A DNA stretch of 64,000 nucleotides from Eledone cirrhosa (GCA_964016885.1 OZ024761.1:3596001-3660000), one strand, 5' to 3'; shown: positions 20,301-33,610, numbered from the stretch's first letter. Notes: generated from the sequence alone by a model not told the origin. Translations and numbers: made by a program.

Positions 20301-20430
20301 GATGACTTGGGATGAGGTGATAAAAGCCGACCTTACCCAACTACACCTCTCAAAGTCAATGACACACGACCGTGACTTCTGGCGTCACGCAGTAATACAG
20401 GGTACCCGACCTCCCATGGGTACATGCTGA
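17323..20430 (+). CDS. RTE endonuclease-reverse transcriptase polyprotein (about 1035 codons) with an internal PHD finger
   Basis: ORF track 17074-20430; the first ~83 codons are microsatellite. No stops or frameshifts from 17323 to TGA at 20430. Confidence 0.9.
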   Translation, partial: ATKHPREAPTQRPSPTSVDKCPKLRVGTINVGSMKGRAGEIVEMLERKEVDVCCVQETRWRGGSARVLVGKSQCYKFFWVGNDDGMGGVGILLADKWVDKVISVYRVNARIIKLRLVLNKTITTIISAYAPQSGLPDELKDRFYESLIHTTALTDDKDFLIIAGDFNGHVGKHCDGFNRVHGGHGVGTRNEEGFRLLEFCDANDMSICNTNFKKPDNHLITYRSGEHSSQLDFILIRGRDRWTVVNTKAFPSEECTSQHSLVVSDLTVRTRRALKQRPTWRRKIWKLKVPSTSNRFKDILLNAYDSKEEQIETFNVEENWEFLKNNLLEATDEVCGWSKTSSRRRVTWWWNNKVDEAVKAKRQAWKEWKNGGSRVHYIETKREARRQVYLARREAEDRKFKHVLQREDQKQEVFKIARQCVRDSCDVIGEKCIRNDKGELALTSAEKKDAWKSHYDRLLNEENAWEEETLPHVDPIEGPAVQVSGSVVSKAIRDMKIGKATGPSGIAAEMLKASGSVGHTITTRIVNQVILEGAIPKDWCSSIIVNCYKGKGDALDRGNYRGIKLMDQVMKVTERVIAQLIRDRVNIDEMQFGFVPGKGTTDALFLVRQLQEKYLAKSKPLYLAFVDLEKAFDRVPRAVIWWALRKLGVDEWLVKAVQAMYRGAVSKVRIGNEYSEEFSVQVGVHQGSVLSPLLFIIVLQAITEEFKTGCPWELLYADDLALIAESMVELENKFQTWKQGLERKGLKVNMTKTKVLISRRENRTQIPSGKWPCSVCRKGVGRNSILCPKCKQWVHKRCSGISGSLIKNVGFTCSSCAETASKQPQETSTTNLWEGPVETVDSFCYLGDRISNGGGCSESTITRVRTGWKKFRELLPLLAAKGFSLRMKGRLYDACIRTAMLHGSETWALKVEDLRRLERNEACMLRWMCNSNIRERQSINELRERLSIRGIKCCVQERRLRWYGHVMRMKDDSCIKRCRALEVDGNRGVGRPKMTWDEVIKADLTQLHLSKSMTHDRDFWRHAVIQGTRPPMGTC

Positions 20431-20737
20431 AGCATATAAACAATATGCCCCCCCCCCCCCCCACCGCAAGGTGGTCGTGGAGGTGCCACGGCAAAAAAGC
20501 ACCCAGCCCACACTGTAAAGTGGACGTGTAGGCGCCACGAAAAAGCACCCAGCACTCACTGTAAATGAGGTTGGTGTTAGGAAGGGCATCCAGCTGTAGA
20601 AATCAAGCCAGATCAGTTCCTGTATGAGCAAGGCATGGTCAGCCGACCAGACACTGCCCACAACAGGACAACCCGTCTAACCCATGCTAGCGTGGAAGAA
20701 CGGACGTAAAACGGTGATGATGATGATGATGATGATG
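17323..20737 (+). mobile_element. RTE-clade LINE, near full length, uninterrupted ORF and 3' UTR with (TGA)n tail
   Basis: APE motifs ([33 protein letters not shown]) and RT motifs ([39 protein letters not shown]). C-terminus [12 protein letters not shown]...GRPKMTW. Tail gatgatgatg; (TA)n on both sides. Confidence 0.95.
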
Positions 20738-20739
20738 AC

Positions 20740-20784
<45 letters not shown>

Positions 20785-20961
20785 CATATATACATATATA
20801 CATATATATATATACATATATACATATATACATATATATACATATATACATATATATATATATATACATATATACATATATATATATATATACATATATA
20901 CATATATACATATATATATATACATATATACATATATATATATACATATATACATATATAC

Positions 20962-20996
<35 letters not shown>

Positions 20997-21134
20997 CATA
21001 TATGTAGGAGGTGAGTTTTATTGTAGTACAATAAAGCAATGCAGATATCGGATAAGAAGCACTCTACAGTTTGTAGGACTGGAGTATACATAATATATAC
21101 ATCTTTTGTTCTTATATATATATATATATATAAT

Positions 21135-22159
21135 AAGTAGCAGCAAGTGCCCACAAAATACTAGCTCTTTCAATTGCGCAAAGGGTTCTATAGAAATAGT
21201 GGACAGCTTCCGTTACCTGGGTGACAAAATCAGCAGTGGGGGAGTGTTCTCTGAAAGTACAGTAGCTAGAGTCAGAACGGGATGGAAAAAGTTCAGAGAG
21301 CTTATACCACTGTTGGCCGCTAAAGGGTTCTCTCTAAAAATGAAAGGCAGGCTGTATGATGCCTGTATACGAACAGCAATGTTACATGGCAGTGAGACCT
21401 GGGCATTGTGTGCAGAGGATATACGCAGACTGGAGAGAAACGAAGCTTGCATGCTCCGCTGGATGTGTAATAGTAATATACGTGAACGGCAAAGCATAAA
21501 CGTACTAAGGGAGAAATTAGAAATAAGAGGGATCAGATGTTGTTTACTCGAGAGAAGACTACGTTGGTACGGTCACGTGATGTGCATGAAAGACGACAGC
21601 TATATAAAAAAGTGCAGGGCAATAAAAATAGACGGTAGCCACGGAGTAGGCAGACCCAGAAAAACCTGGGATGACTTGATAAATTCCGACCTCACACACT
21701 TACACCTCTCCAAGACAATGTCACTGGACCGAGAGCTTTGGCGCTACACAGTAATACAGAAGACCCGCCTTACCTAAGTACAAAGTGAAACCTACTACAG
21801 TCAGTAGGCACCTCTAACAAAATACACCCCCGTCCCACTACCCCATCCACACCACCCCTTTCAATGTAAAGTTATGTTGGTGTCACAACATCCAGCCCGA
21901 AACAAATGAGGTCGTGTAGGTGTCACGACAAAAAAACACACAGTCCACGCTGTAATGTGGCCGTGTAGGTAACACGGTAAAAACCTCCCAGTTCCACACT
22001 GTAAATGTGGTTGGTGTTAGGAAGGGCATCCAGTCGTAGAAAACACGCCAGACAGTCCCATGCGAGCAAGACAACCACTCTTGCCTCAAGTGGGAAAACT
22101 CCCGTCCAAACCCATGCAAGCGTGGAATATGGACGTTAAACGATGATGATGATGATGAC
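21135..22159 (+). mobile_element. 5'-truncated RTE LINE, related subfamily
   Basis: DSFRYLGD...[10 protein letters not shown]...[10 protein letters not shown]...GRPRKTW parallels 19840-20400. Same 3' UTR motifs and (TGA)n tail. Confidence 0.9.
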
Positions 22160-22170
22160 ATATATATATA

Positions 22171-22271
22171 TCTTCTGATGAAGGACTAGTGTCCAAAACA
22201 TTAAAACTCTTTTCCTTTTATTTCAAGTGTCAAATTATTGTACTGTCGTTTTTACTTTATTTCTGTTTACT

Positions 22272-22275
<4 letters not shown>
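22171..22275 (+). ncRNA. Decayed hammerhead-bearing element (family E)
   Basis: tctt CTGATGA A GGAC-TAGT-GTCC aAAA catt aa. Relatives on the minus strand at 10170-10300 and 36320-36460 (GAAA catt aaga intact); core-deleted relative at 40755-40850. Confidence 0.5.
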
Positions 22276-22309
<34 letters not shown>

Positions 22310-23469
22310 CATATATATATATAATGGAATTATTATGATACAGTGATATGTTTTTACAGATATTACTTATTTTATATTCAACATTAACTGTTTAGCATTT
22401 AAACCGGATTTAAACCAGAATTCTCTCACCTCTTTCTGTGCAAACCAGTCATAACCAGCCACTCATACTGATGTTAAGGTTTCACTGACTGTCACAGCAG
22501 GGATGGATATGAACCCTTCAGTTTTTTGTTTGTTTTTTACTTTAGTTATACAGGAGAGACATTACCTATGGCCCTTTTCAGCCTCTCCCTCCCCAAGATT
22601 GGTGGGAGGTAAGAAGGAAAGTAGACTGAACCCTGAATGCTCTCAACAGAGAGAAGGGAAGGAACACTGCTAAAGGTATCATCCAAGGGTCACACTGGTG
22701 TTAAAATGGCTGATGAAGTCTACCGACCACACAGGCTGCAGTGGAATTTGAATTCAGACTACAAAGAGCCAGTTCAAACACCACAAGGTATCTCCTCCAA
22801 TACAAACCATTCTACCACTCCATCACTGCCCCTCAACTAGTACTTCTAATTTGAAAAGATGACAGGCAAAGTTCACCTCAAACTGAAGAACCAGAAGAAA
22901 TACCACACAATTTTGTCATATGTCCTAACAAAGCCTACAGAAGTAGAATACTTAGAAATCACTAGGTATGGGTGACCCCCACCCAACATCTAAATTATAG
23001 TTAGGTGTGGCCAGGTTGATAGTGAATTAGCAGTGTGTGGGGTGTGTTCTAAGAAATATTTGTTCTTTTAAAAGTTTTATTACAATATGATAATTAGTGA
23101 TATAAAATAATTTATTACAATATGATAATTAGTGATATAAAATAATTTATTACAATATGATAATTAGTGATATAAAATAATTTATTACAATATGAAGTAA
23201 TTGGGTGGAGAAGTACCAGGTAATCTCAGTAGAGGAAGACCACAGAAAACATGGTCGGAGGTGGTGAGAGCTGATCTCAGATCGTTGAAGCACACCGAGG
23301 AGATGACGAAGGACCACAACAAATAGAGAAATACTGTGATAAAGAGGACCCATCCAAACCCTTGCAAGCAGGGAAAAGCAGACGCATGTTGATGATGATG
23401 ATAATTATCGATATAAAATAATTTATTATAATATGATAATTAGTGACATAAAATAATTTATTATAATAT

Positions 23470-23800
23470 GGAGGCACATGGCTTAGTGGATAGAGCATTG
23501 GCCTTGCAATCGAAGGGTTGTGAGTTCAATTCTCAGACCAGGTGATGTGTTGTTTTCTTGAGCAAGACACTTTATTTCAGTTTACTCAGCTGTAGAAATG
23601 AGATGATAGGGACTGGGGTCCATATCATTCCACTGTAAAGTGGTCGTGCAGGTGCCACGGCAAAAAAACACTCAGCACTCACTGTAAATGAGGTTGGTGT
23701 TAGGAGGGCATCCAGCTGTAGAAACGAAGCCAAAATCAGTTCCCGTCCCACCCTTGCAAGCAAGGAAAAAGCGGACGTAAAATGAAATGATGATGATGAT
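23470..23800 (+). mobile_element. tRNA-derived CORE-like SINE with RTE 3' tail
   Basis: A box tggcttagtgg, B box gagttcaattct, CORE-like cttgagcaagacacttt. Tail shared with RTE 3' UTR (gttggtgttagga..gggcatccagctgtagaaa), then (TGA)n. Confidence 0.85.
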
Positions 23801-24388
23801 GATAATTAGTGACATAAAATAATTTATTATAATAAATTATTTTATGTCACTAATTATCATATTATATGATAATTAGTGACATAAAATAATTTATTATATG
23901 ATAATTAGTGACATAAAATAATTTATTACAATATGATAATTAGCGATATATAAAAAATTAGGTGAAAAAAACAATTGGATCTCAATGGGAAATATATATT
24001 TTCAGGAAAATATATATTTTCAGGAAAATATAGATTTTTTCTCTGAAATGTTAGTAATTATATAACCACTACCACAACCACTGCTACTACCAATGACAAA
24101 ACAGGTTTTATCAACAGGTAATTGACAGAATGCTAAAAATAAAACTATTCAGTTTATTTTTTTACCTTGAAACTCAGTAAATAAAATTGTAACCCGACTA
24201 TAGAATAAAATACTTTCTTTTCAAGCAAAATAGTCAAAAAAAATGAGTCAAAAAGAATTTATAATTTCCAATATTTCAGCACATATTGAGTAAAAAAAAA
24301 TTCATAATTTCCAATATTTCAGCACATATTGATCTCCACAACAGTAAATTATTTTATATCACATTTCACATCAACTTTGATCTTTAAC

Positions 24389-25016
24389 TTTAGCCCTTTA
24401 ACATTTACATTAGTCTATATTTACTATATTTTCACAGTAAAGGCTTTACCTCATATAATATCTCACATAACATTTACATTACTCTATATTTACTATTATA
24501 TTTTCACAGGAAAGGCTTTACCTCACATATCTCATAACATTTACATTATTCTATATTTACTATGATATTTTCATGGTAAAGGCTTTACCTCACATAATAT
24601 CTCACATAACATTTACATTACTCTATATATACTATTGTATTTTCACAGTAAAGGCTTTACCTCACATAATATCTCACAACATTTACATTACTCTATATAT
24701 ACCATTATATTTTCACAGGAAAGGCTTTACCTCACATAATATCTCACATAACATTTACATTACTCTATATATACTATTGTATTTTCATGGTAAAGGCTTT
24801 ACCTCATATCTCGCATAACATTTACATTACTCTATATATACTATTGTATTTTCACAGTAAAGGCATTACATCTCACATATCGACTCTGAGATTTTAATAT
24901 TTATTTTGAGAACAATACCTTAATGTCAGTATGAGTGGCCAGTTACAGCTGGTTTGAACAGAAAGAGGTGAGAGTATTCTGGCCAGATATGACTGGTTTA
25001 AATGCTAAAGGGTTAA
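24389..25016. mobile_element. piggyBac-like MITE with internal ~68-bp tandem expansion
   Basis: ccctttaacattt...aaatgctaaaggg|ttaa termini with a TTAA-type target. Shorter relative at 46441-46650, minus-strand end at 39545-39895, fragment at 22384. Confidence 0.6.
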
Positions 25017-26145
25017 AAATAAAACAAAAGAAAAAAAACGCATAATTTTTTCAATGATTTATGCTCTGGATTGGTAGGAATTTTTAGATTGTGTTAGTGT
25101 TTATGCCCCCAAGTCCAAATTTGTCAGTCAACAGACCAGGGTCAATTAACCCTTATGGTACTAGCCCACCTGAAACCACAGACAAAACTATCCATTTTAA
25201 AGCATTCATATCTGTGTTGTATGGTAGTGAGTGTTGGGCCCCCAGGATTGAGGACAAATTGTGACTAGAGAGAAATTAAAATACCATGGTTCGCTGGATA
25301 CAAGGTGTCAAAATCTCAGATACATTCCACATGGCATCTCTCTACCAAAAATGAAAGCACTTAACTGTTTTAAGATCACACAGACTGGGATGCTTTAGAC
25401 ATGTATTAGGGTCGACTCATTGTCATAAAGAACACCGAGTCCACTCAGTTACAGCGCTTTACATTTGGGGTTCAAATCTGACCAAGGTCAACTTTGCTTT
25501 TCCATTCGTCCAAGCTTGATAAAATACAGTACAGTGCCTGTCATGTACTGGGAGGTCAATATAATCAACTTTTTCCTCAAATTACTGGCCTTGTCTAAAC
25601 AAGAAACTATAGTGATTAACTATTATACCAGTCATGAACTGAGGTCAATATAATCAACTTTCCACCTCAAATTGCTGGCCTTGTGTCTAAGCCAGAAATT
25701 TATTGCTAATAAAAAAGAACCAAGTGATGAGATAACACCCCTACTTCATCTCTACACACCTCAGTTTATCTAGCTGTCACTAATAAATTAGAGGTTTAAA
25801 TGAAACAGTACCAGTCTGGTACTGGGGTCAATTCTTCCTCTATATCCCTCACTTCCATTCTCTCACTGTCTCTATCCTTCTCTGGAAGAAATCTGATGTA
25901 TTCAGACCTGGAGAGGAGATGGACTCCACCAGGTTTTTAAAATGCCCTAGAAACGGTGTATATTAATACAGCGCCTCTACGACTTTGGGGTCCACAGATA
26001 CCATCTTTCTCATTCTCTCTATCCTTCTCTGGAAGATATCTGCTGTATTTAGACGTGGAGAGGAGGTAGATTTAAAAGTTCCCTAGAAACACCAATGTCA
26101 ATATGGCACCCATGTGACATGAGTTTTGGGTCCATACATACACAA

Positions 26146-26335
26146 ATAATTGTTTCTACGTTTGGCACAAGGCCAGCAATTACCCAGTGCATTACTGGTA
26201 CTTTATTTTATCGACCCTGTAAGGATGAAAGGCAAAGTTATCCTCGGCGGGATTTGAACTCAGAATGGCAAGGGACGTAACTATGCTGGAAAGCATGGCG
26301 TCCGACCCTCTACGGATACTGCCAATCCATCCCCC
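26146..26335 (-). mobile_element. Meta/MESC-core SINE
   Basis: Same family. Further minus-strand copies at about 37058-37232, 43128-43265, 44334-44471, 54230-54410, 54910-55000 and 59965-60190. Confidence 0.85.
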
Positions 26336-26554
26336 TATATAATTGTTTCTACTTTAGGCACAAGGCCAGCAATTATCCAGTGCATTACTGGTACTTTATA
26401 CACAAATAATAATAATACAGAGAATGTTGACAATGACAGACTGAAGGGGTAGGGTAAACATTATTTAGTAGCATTTTCCTCAATTCAGCACTGTCATGAA
26501 TAAAATACCAGTAATATACTGTGATTGACTAAGTTCAGTTTTATACACAACCAC

Positions 26555-26820
26555 ACACTAGATGGTAGTGAAACACGGGCTATGACTACAGAAGACATGC
26601 ACAGACTGGAGAGAAATGAAGCAGCCATGCTTTGTTGGGTGCACAATGTAAATGTGAGAGAAAGACAGAGCTTGCATGAAGTGAGAGAAGAGCCAGGTCT
26701 AACAGGAATCTGAGGTGATGTGCAGGAGAGAAGACTGCATAGGTACACACGTGATGCACATGGATGATGATTCCATGCAAGCATAGAAAAACAGATGTAA
26801 ATACAACGATGATGATGATC
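26555..26820 (+). mobile_element. Decayed RTE LINE 3' fragment
   Basis: DGSETRAMTTEDMHRLERNEAAMLCW, ending in a gatgatgat tail. Confidence 0.75.
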
Positions 26821-27424
26821 TCACAGACTGTTATAAAAGGAACTAAACATTACTAGAGGCAGTAAGGAGTTATCTACAATATTTTATTGGTTTCAAATGT
26901 CACACAAGATTTTATGACTCAAACTAAGATAAGAATTAACCTGTCCTTAGGAAGACATTCTTGAAAAGTAGAAATCAGCACTGAATCACAGTAAAAACTG
27001 AAGTCTTTAGTTTACTATAAACATTTCAATTAACAAAGCCATTTTATTTTTTAGATATTTTGTTAAATCATAATAGGATGTTAGAGATTGTATTGCAGGA
27101 TGGTTGTTAGCTATGACTCCACGCTACACAGCCATCTACCCCACCCACAGTCAAACACTAAGGAAGTAACCTGTATTAAGGTGGTAAGCCTGATAGCATT
27201 ATCAACCAAAATCTCTAATTACAAGCATCATCATCCTTTAATGTTTCCCTGCTAGTAATGGCTGGAATCTTTTTTTTTTTAAAAGGGAAGGTGATATGAT
27301 ATAATGTAGTCTGGGGAAAAAAAACTGTCTAAAAAGGTGAGACAACAGTAGAGGAGCTGGCTCTCATACCACCATCTCTGTTGCTTAGGGCCACCATTTT
27401 GGAAGAAATAAACACCATTGATGT

Positions 27425-27752
27425 CATGGACAGGTCCTTGAGACTGACCTCTCACATGAGCTGAGAGTTGGACAGGTCCTTGATACTGACTCAACATGAA
27501 CTGAGAGTTGGACAGGTCCTTGATACTGACCTAACATAAACTGAGAGGTGGACAGTCCTTGAGACTGACCCCTCACACGAGCTGGACAGGTCCTTGAGAG
27601 TGACCTCTCATATGAGCTGAGAGTTGGACAGATCCTTGAGAGTGACCCCTCACACGAGCTGAGAGTTGGACAGGTCCTTGAAACTGACCTCTCATGAGCT
27701 GAGAGTTGGACAGGTCCTTGATACTGACCCCTAAATGAGCTGAGAGTTGGAT
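27425..27752. repeat. ~42-bp minisatellite
   Basis: Unit ggacaggtccttgatactgacctctcacatgagctgagagtt. Confidence 0.85.
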
Positions 27753-28084
27753 CACACACACGTACCTACACTCATCAAAGTGTATCAAGTGCATTTTATA
27801 GTTATACCAGAATGAAGGAGGGGGGAGACCCTTTGTGTGGCAGGTTTTCTATGGCTGGATGCCCTCCTTATTAGCAACCTCTTTAAAGAGTGCACTGGGT
27901 GTATTGCATCACCAACACTAGAGAGGTTGTCCTAGTCATATCTACCTAATGAGGAAGGGGTGGAGTAGAGGAAGATAAGTATAGTGTCATGAGTATATAG
28001 GTGAGAAAATATGTCATCAGTGTATGTCAAGTGGTGGGATTTGACAGTGTGGGAAGGAGGGGGTGCTCTCCAATAAATATTCTG

Positions 28085-28420
28085 TAAAATTATATTTCAG
28101 CACAAGCAAGACAATAAAGCCACTAAAATGCCAAGAGTTACCGAGAAGGGAAAAGTACAAAACAGTAGATAATTCAAAGAGATAGGATGACAATGGCTGT
28201 TGATTCTGAATGTTTTGCATCTCATAGTAAGTGGTTGGGAAAGAAAACAGAAGAGAATTCCATAGGTGAGATGTGTGAGGAGAGAAACTAGCAGAAGAGA
28301 ATTTACATTTAGGAACTTCAACTGTAAAGGGGGGACCTAGCTGGAAATCTGGTGTTACATTTAGGAACTTCAACTGTAAAGGGGGGACCTAGCTGGAAAT
28401 CTGGTGCTCCGTTTAAACTT
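28085..28420 (-). mobile_element. Old Jockey/CR1-group LINE 3' fragment
   Basis: SFSPHTSHLWNSL...FP motif typical of LINE ORF2 C-termini. A related copy lies at about 930-1275. Confidence 0.55.
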
Positions 28421-29067
28421 GTGTATATGAGTCAACTAAGAGAAAAGCTGAGCAGATCCCATGAAAATATTTATAGAAACAAGTTGGTTTCATTGACATA
28501 TTAAATATAAAATGTTACCTTTCTATACATTCCAGGTAGCAATAGACTCAATGTAAAAAGTTCTCAATTGAAATGTACCTCTTAGTAGATGAAAAAAAAA
28601 AACAGTTAAGAAGCAAATTTCAATTCATGGTTTGTTTGTTGTTTTTTTTTTTTATTTTCTGCATACAACATTGAGTAGAGAGACTTAACTGTGCACTGGT
28701 GCAGGCTTGATCACCAATTAACACTGTTAGTACAACACAACTTGGGAGGGACATGACAGTTCAGTATATTTACATTACACACATACACACACACACTGAA
28801 GCACATACATACACACACACACAGAGGGAAATGAACAGACAGACAAATATGAGAGGAGAAGCAAAAAGAAAAACAATGAATATTGTAGAGAGAAGGAGAA
28901 GAGAGAAAAACTGTTGCAAAAAACAGTATCTAAGAGAGAGAGAGTGGGGGGGGGGGCAGAGAGAGGGGGGAGGGGGGCAGAGAGGAAATAGATTAATCAA
29001 AAGTGAGAGAAATTTACATGTAATTTAGTTGCAACAACTCAGTATTAAATAGATGATGATAATTGAT

Positions 29068-30772
29068 GTACTGTATTATATACTAGTCTACTGTTCTGTA
29101 CTGTACTGTACTGTGCTGTACTGTACTATACTATACTATACTGTACTGTAATATAGTGTACTGTACTATAGTGTACTCTACTGTAATGTAGTGTACTGTA
29201 CTGTAGTGTACTGTACTATACTGTAGTGTACTGTACTATACTATACTGTAGTGTACTGTACTATAGTGTAGTGTACTATAGTGTAGTGTACTGTACTATA
29301 CTATAGTGCACTACTATAGTGTAGTGTACTGTACTATACTATAGTGCACTACTATAGTGTAGTGTACTGTACTATACTATAGTGTAGTGTACTGTACTGT
29401 AGTGAACTCTACTGTAGTGTAGTGTACTATACTGCAGTGTAGTGTACTATACTGTAGTGTACTATACTGTACTGTAGTGTACTATACTGTACTGTAGTGT
29501 AGTGTACTATACTGTACTGTACTGTAGTGTAGTGTACTATAATGTACTGTACTGTATTATATTATATACTACTGTACTGAGGGCGGTGGATTGGCAGTAT
29601 CGGTAGAGGGTCGGACGCCATGCTTTCCACCATAGTTACGTCCCTTTACGATCTGAGTTCAAATCCCGTCGAGGTTGACTTTGCCTTTCATCCTTACGGG
29701 GTCGATAAAATAAAGTACCAGTAATGCACTGGGTAATTGCTGGCCTTGTGCCTAAAAGTAGAAACAATTATATACTACTGTACTGTATTAAACTATATAC
29801 TGTACTACACTATAGTGTACTGTAGTGTACTATACTGTGCTATACTGTATTGCATTATACTATAGTATACTGTACTGTACTATAGTATACTGTACTATAC
29901 TATAGTATACCATACTGTACTATACTATACTGTACTATAGTATACCATACCATACTGTACTATACTATACTGTACTATAGTATACCATACCATACTGTAC
30001 TATAGTATACTATACTGTATTATGATACTATACTATGCTGTACTATAGTATACTGCACTGTACTATAGTATACCATACTATACTATAGCATACTGTACTA
30101 TACTATAGCATACTGTACTATAGTATAATATATTATACTATAGTATATTATACTATACTATAGTATACCATACTGTACTATAGTATACCATACTGTACTA
30201 TAGTATACCGTACTATAGTATACTGTACTATACTGTACTATACTGTAATATACTATAGTATACCATACTATACTATAGTATACCGTACTATAGTATATCG
30301 TACTGTACTATAGTATACTGTACTGTACTATAGTATACCGTACTGTACTATAGTATACCGTACTGTACTATAGTATACCATACTGTACTATAATATACCA
30401 TACTGTATTATAGTATACTGTACTGTACTATACCGTACTATATTATAGTATACCGTACTGTACTGTAGTATACTGTACTATAGTATACCATACTGTACTA
30501 TAGTATACCATACTATACTATAGTATACTGTACTGTACCGTACTATACTATACCGTACTGTACTGTAGTATACTGTACTATAGTATACCATACTGTACTA
30601 TAGTATACCATACTATACTATAGTATACTGTACTGTACCGTACTATACTATAGTATACCGTACTGTACTGTAGTATACTGTACTATACCGTACTATACTA
30701 TAGTATACCGTACTGTACTGTAGTATACTGTACTATAGTATAGTATACCGTACTATAGTATACCGTACTATA
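29068..30772. repeat. Pentamer-based low-complexity satellite (tactg/tacta/tagtg/tacca)
   Basis: Dense gtac/tata palindromes; interrupted by a SINE at 29580. Confidence 0.9.
29580..29770 (+). mobile_element. tRNA-derived Meta/MESC-core SINE (representative copy)
   Basis: gggcggtggattggcagtatcggtag (A box), gagttcaaatccc (B box), core gcctttcatccttacggggtcgataaaataaagtaccag. Other copies at about 590-720, 5741-5880, 6612-6770, 9690-9920, 25460-25700, 36564-36880, 47492-48020. Confidence 0.85.
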
Positions 30773-30866
30773 GCGGTAATGTCTAATATGTCAGTCTAAC
30801 TCGGCTGTGTCTAAGGAGGAAGAGGAGGAGGCAGCAACTGTGTGTATGTACACAAATACAGATATG

Positions 30867-30897
<31 letters not shown>

Positions 30898-31455
30898 TTA
30901 CGCAGTGTGAATGAGTATGTAAACACACAGAGTAAAGTATATGTGAACATGAGTCATCAGCCACCACAGCAGCAGCAAGTTTTAATGTGATTGTAAGTCA
31001 ATGAAATAGATTTGTTACTAAGGTAGAAATATATACACAGATATATATATATATATATATATACAGATATATCTATATACAGTAAGGTAGAAATATATAC
31101 AGATATATCTATATCTATATATAGTAAGGTAGAAATATATACACAGATATATATATATACATATATATACAGATATATCTATATCTATATACAGTAAGGT
31201 AGAAATATATATACATATATATATAATGTAGGAGGTGAGTTTTATTGTAGCACAATAAAGCAATGCAAATATCAGATAAGTAGCACTCACCAGTTTATAG
31301 GACTGGAGTATAAATAATATAAAATCAAAAGATGGTTAAAAGAGTTCCATGTATTTTATTATGCGCATAATAAAATACATGGAACTCTTTTAACCATCTT
31401 TTGATTTTATATATATAAATATATATACAGTAAGGTAGAAATATTTATATATATA

Positions 31456-31491
<36 letters not shown>

Positions 31492-31641
31492 CACAAGTGT
31501 GTATGATTGTGTATAGAAGATTATATTAATAAAAGGAATTCCAACTTTGTCTGATTTACTCGTTTTATTTACAATCCTTTAAAATTTATAATGGTATTAT
31601 AATGAAATAGTATGATAGAATATTAAATGTTAAGTGTTAAT

Positions 31642-31680
31642 TGAACAAGTACTTTCATGCTTTCGCAATCTTCAGGTTCA
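31642..31680 (-). ncRNA. Minimal type-I hammerhead ribozyme (family A, inverted arm)
   Basis: Exact reverse complement of 31747-31785; lies on the LIS1 sense strand. Confidence 0.75.
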
Positions 31681-31746
31681 TGATATGTGGTGACAGTCAA
31701 GTTTGCAATTTTCGAAAATTGCAAACTTGACTGTCACCACACAATA

Positions 31747-31785
31747 TGAACCTGAAGATTGCGAAAGCATGAAAGTACTTGTTCA
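31747..31785 (+). ncRNA. Minimal type-I hammerhead ribozyme (family A)
   Basis: TGAAC CTGAAGA T-TGC-GAAA-GCA-T GAAA G-TA-C TT GTTCA: 5-bp stem I, stem II with GAAA loop, palindromic stem III (AAGTACTT). Confidence 0.75.
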
Positions 31786-31920
31786 ATTAACACTTAACAT
31801 TTAATATTCTATCATACTATTTCATTATAATACCATTATAAATTTTAAAGGATTGTAAATAAAACGAGTAAATCAGACAAAGTTGGAATTCCTTTTATTA
31901 ATATATATATATATATATGA

Positions 31921-32258
31921 TGGAGGCACATGGCTTAGTGGTTAGAGCATTGGCCTTGCAATCGAAAGGTTGTGAGTTCAATTCTCAGACCGGTGATGTG
32001 TTGTTTCCTTGAGCAAGATACTTTATTTCACATTGCTCCAGTTTACTCAGCTGTAGAAATGAGATGATAGGGACTGGGGTCCATATCATTCCACTGCAAA
32101 GTGGTCATGGAGGCGCCACGGCAAAAAAGCACCCAGCACTCACTGTAAATGACGTTGGTGTTAGGAAGGACATCCAGCTGTAGAAATCAAGCCAGAATCA
32201 GTTCCCGTCCCACCCTTGCAAGCAGGGAAAAAGCAAATGTAAAATGAAATGATGATGA
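31921..32258 (+). mobile_element. tRNA-derived CORE-like SINE with RTE 3' tail
   Basis: Same family as 23470-23800. Confidence 0.85.
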
Positions 32259-32266
32259 TATATATA

Positions 32267-33522
32267 CAGGGTGGGGCATAATTCCTGTTACAAAGTTTTA
32301 AATCAATTTAAAAATACATTATGGTTGCTAATATAACCAATATATTTGTATCAAATCCATGCACTATAACCATATTAACTATTTTTCAGAACATTACTCC
32401 ATTAACAATTTGCAATGTCCATAGAATTGAAAAGAAAGTTGAAAGAGAAGCATGAAAAAGGCCTGACTCCACCCAAGATATTTAAACTGGGGAAAATTCT
32501 TAAGATCAATAGAATGTTGATCAAAAGGACAATCGATCAATTTAAGGAAACTTCCTCGACCAAAGACAGACCTCAATCCGGACGCCCTCGCACCTCAAGA
32601 ACATCAAAACTCGTTAAAAGTGTGAGGGAAAAAATAAGGCGTAATCCAAGACAGTCCATGAGAAAAATGGCAGAAGAAGCAGAAACATCACTGAGAACTA
32701 TGCGGAGGATATGTCGAGATGATCTGGGGATGTCACCCTATAAGTTCCAAAAGAGGCAGCTTCTTTCTGCAACCACAATTGAAAAGAGGCTCTCCAGAAG
32801 TAAACTGTTATTGAACCGTATCAAGGATGGCACGCTGCAAAATATCATCTTTACAGATGAGAAGTTATTCACTCTGCAGCAGTCTTAAATCAATTCCTTC
32901 AAGTGTAGGAAAAGTGTTCAGAACACAGAAACCAGCATCAGTGTTGGTTTGGGCAGCCATTTCTGAAAGAGGGAAGTCTCCTCTGATTTTTGTGCCTCAA
33001 GGAGTTAAAATTAACCAAGAACTTTGCATAAAGGATATTTTGGAAGGAGCACTGATGCCATGGTGCATATCTGTTTATGGCGATAACATTTGGACTCTCC
33101 AACAAGATGGAGCGACGAGCCAGACTGATTGTGTAACACAACAGTGGTGTAGAGACCATTGTCCTGCATGGATCAGTAAGGAAGAGTGGCCTCCCACATC
33201 ACAACCCTCTCGATTTTTTTTTATGGTCAATTCTTGAGAGTGAGGCCTGCTCTACTCCTAGCCAAAATATTGAAACTCTAAAATCAAAACTGAATAAAGT
33301 ATGGGAGAAAATACCCATGGAAACTGTTCGTGCAGCCATCGAAGACTTTCCTAGAAGTCTTCGAGCAGTAGTGAGAGCTAGAGGAAAGCATTTCGAATAA
33401 ATTTTTGTGCAGTTGTTTAATAGTATATTACTTACTATTTGTTGAAGTCAGATCTTGAAATAAATGTTTTTTTCAAGAACTATTTGCATTTTATTTTGTA
33501 ACAGTTTTTATGCTCCACCTTG
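32267..33522 (+). mobile_element. Tc1/mariner DNA transposon, probably DD37D (maT) family, decayed
   Basis: TA|cagggtggggcataa...tgttacaaa and tttgtaaca...tatgctccaccttg|TA imperfect TIRs. Transposase motifs SGRPRT, IIFTDEKLF, VLVWAAIS, QQDGA, WPPTS/NPLD. Confidence 0.9.
32415..33400 (+). pseudogene. Frameshifted transposase
   Basis: Pieces in three frames. Restoring the deleted PDL of SPDLNPLD gives 37 residues between the 2nd and 3rd Asp. Ends RAVVRARGKHFE*. Confidence 0.85.
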
Positions 33523-33558
33523 TATGCATATATATATATATATTATATATCTACCTTA

Positions 33559-33602
<44 letters not shown>

Positions 33603-33610
33603 TAAGGTAG

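Noticed and set aside
31921-31992. tRNA-like sequences with A and B boxes
   Set aside because: SINE heads continuous with core and tail domains; no complete cloverleaf.
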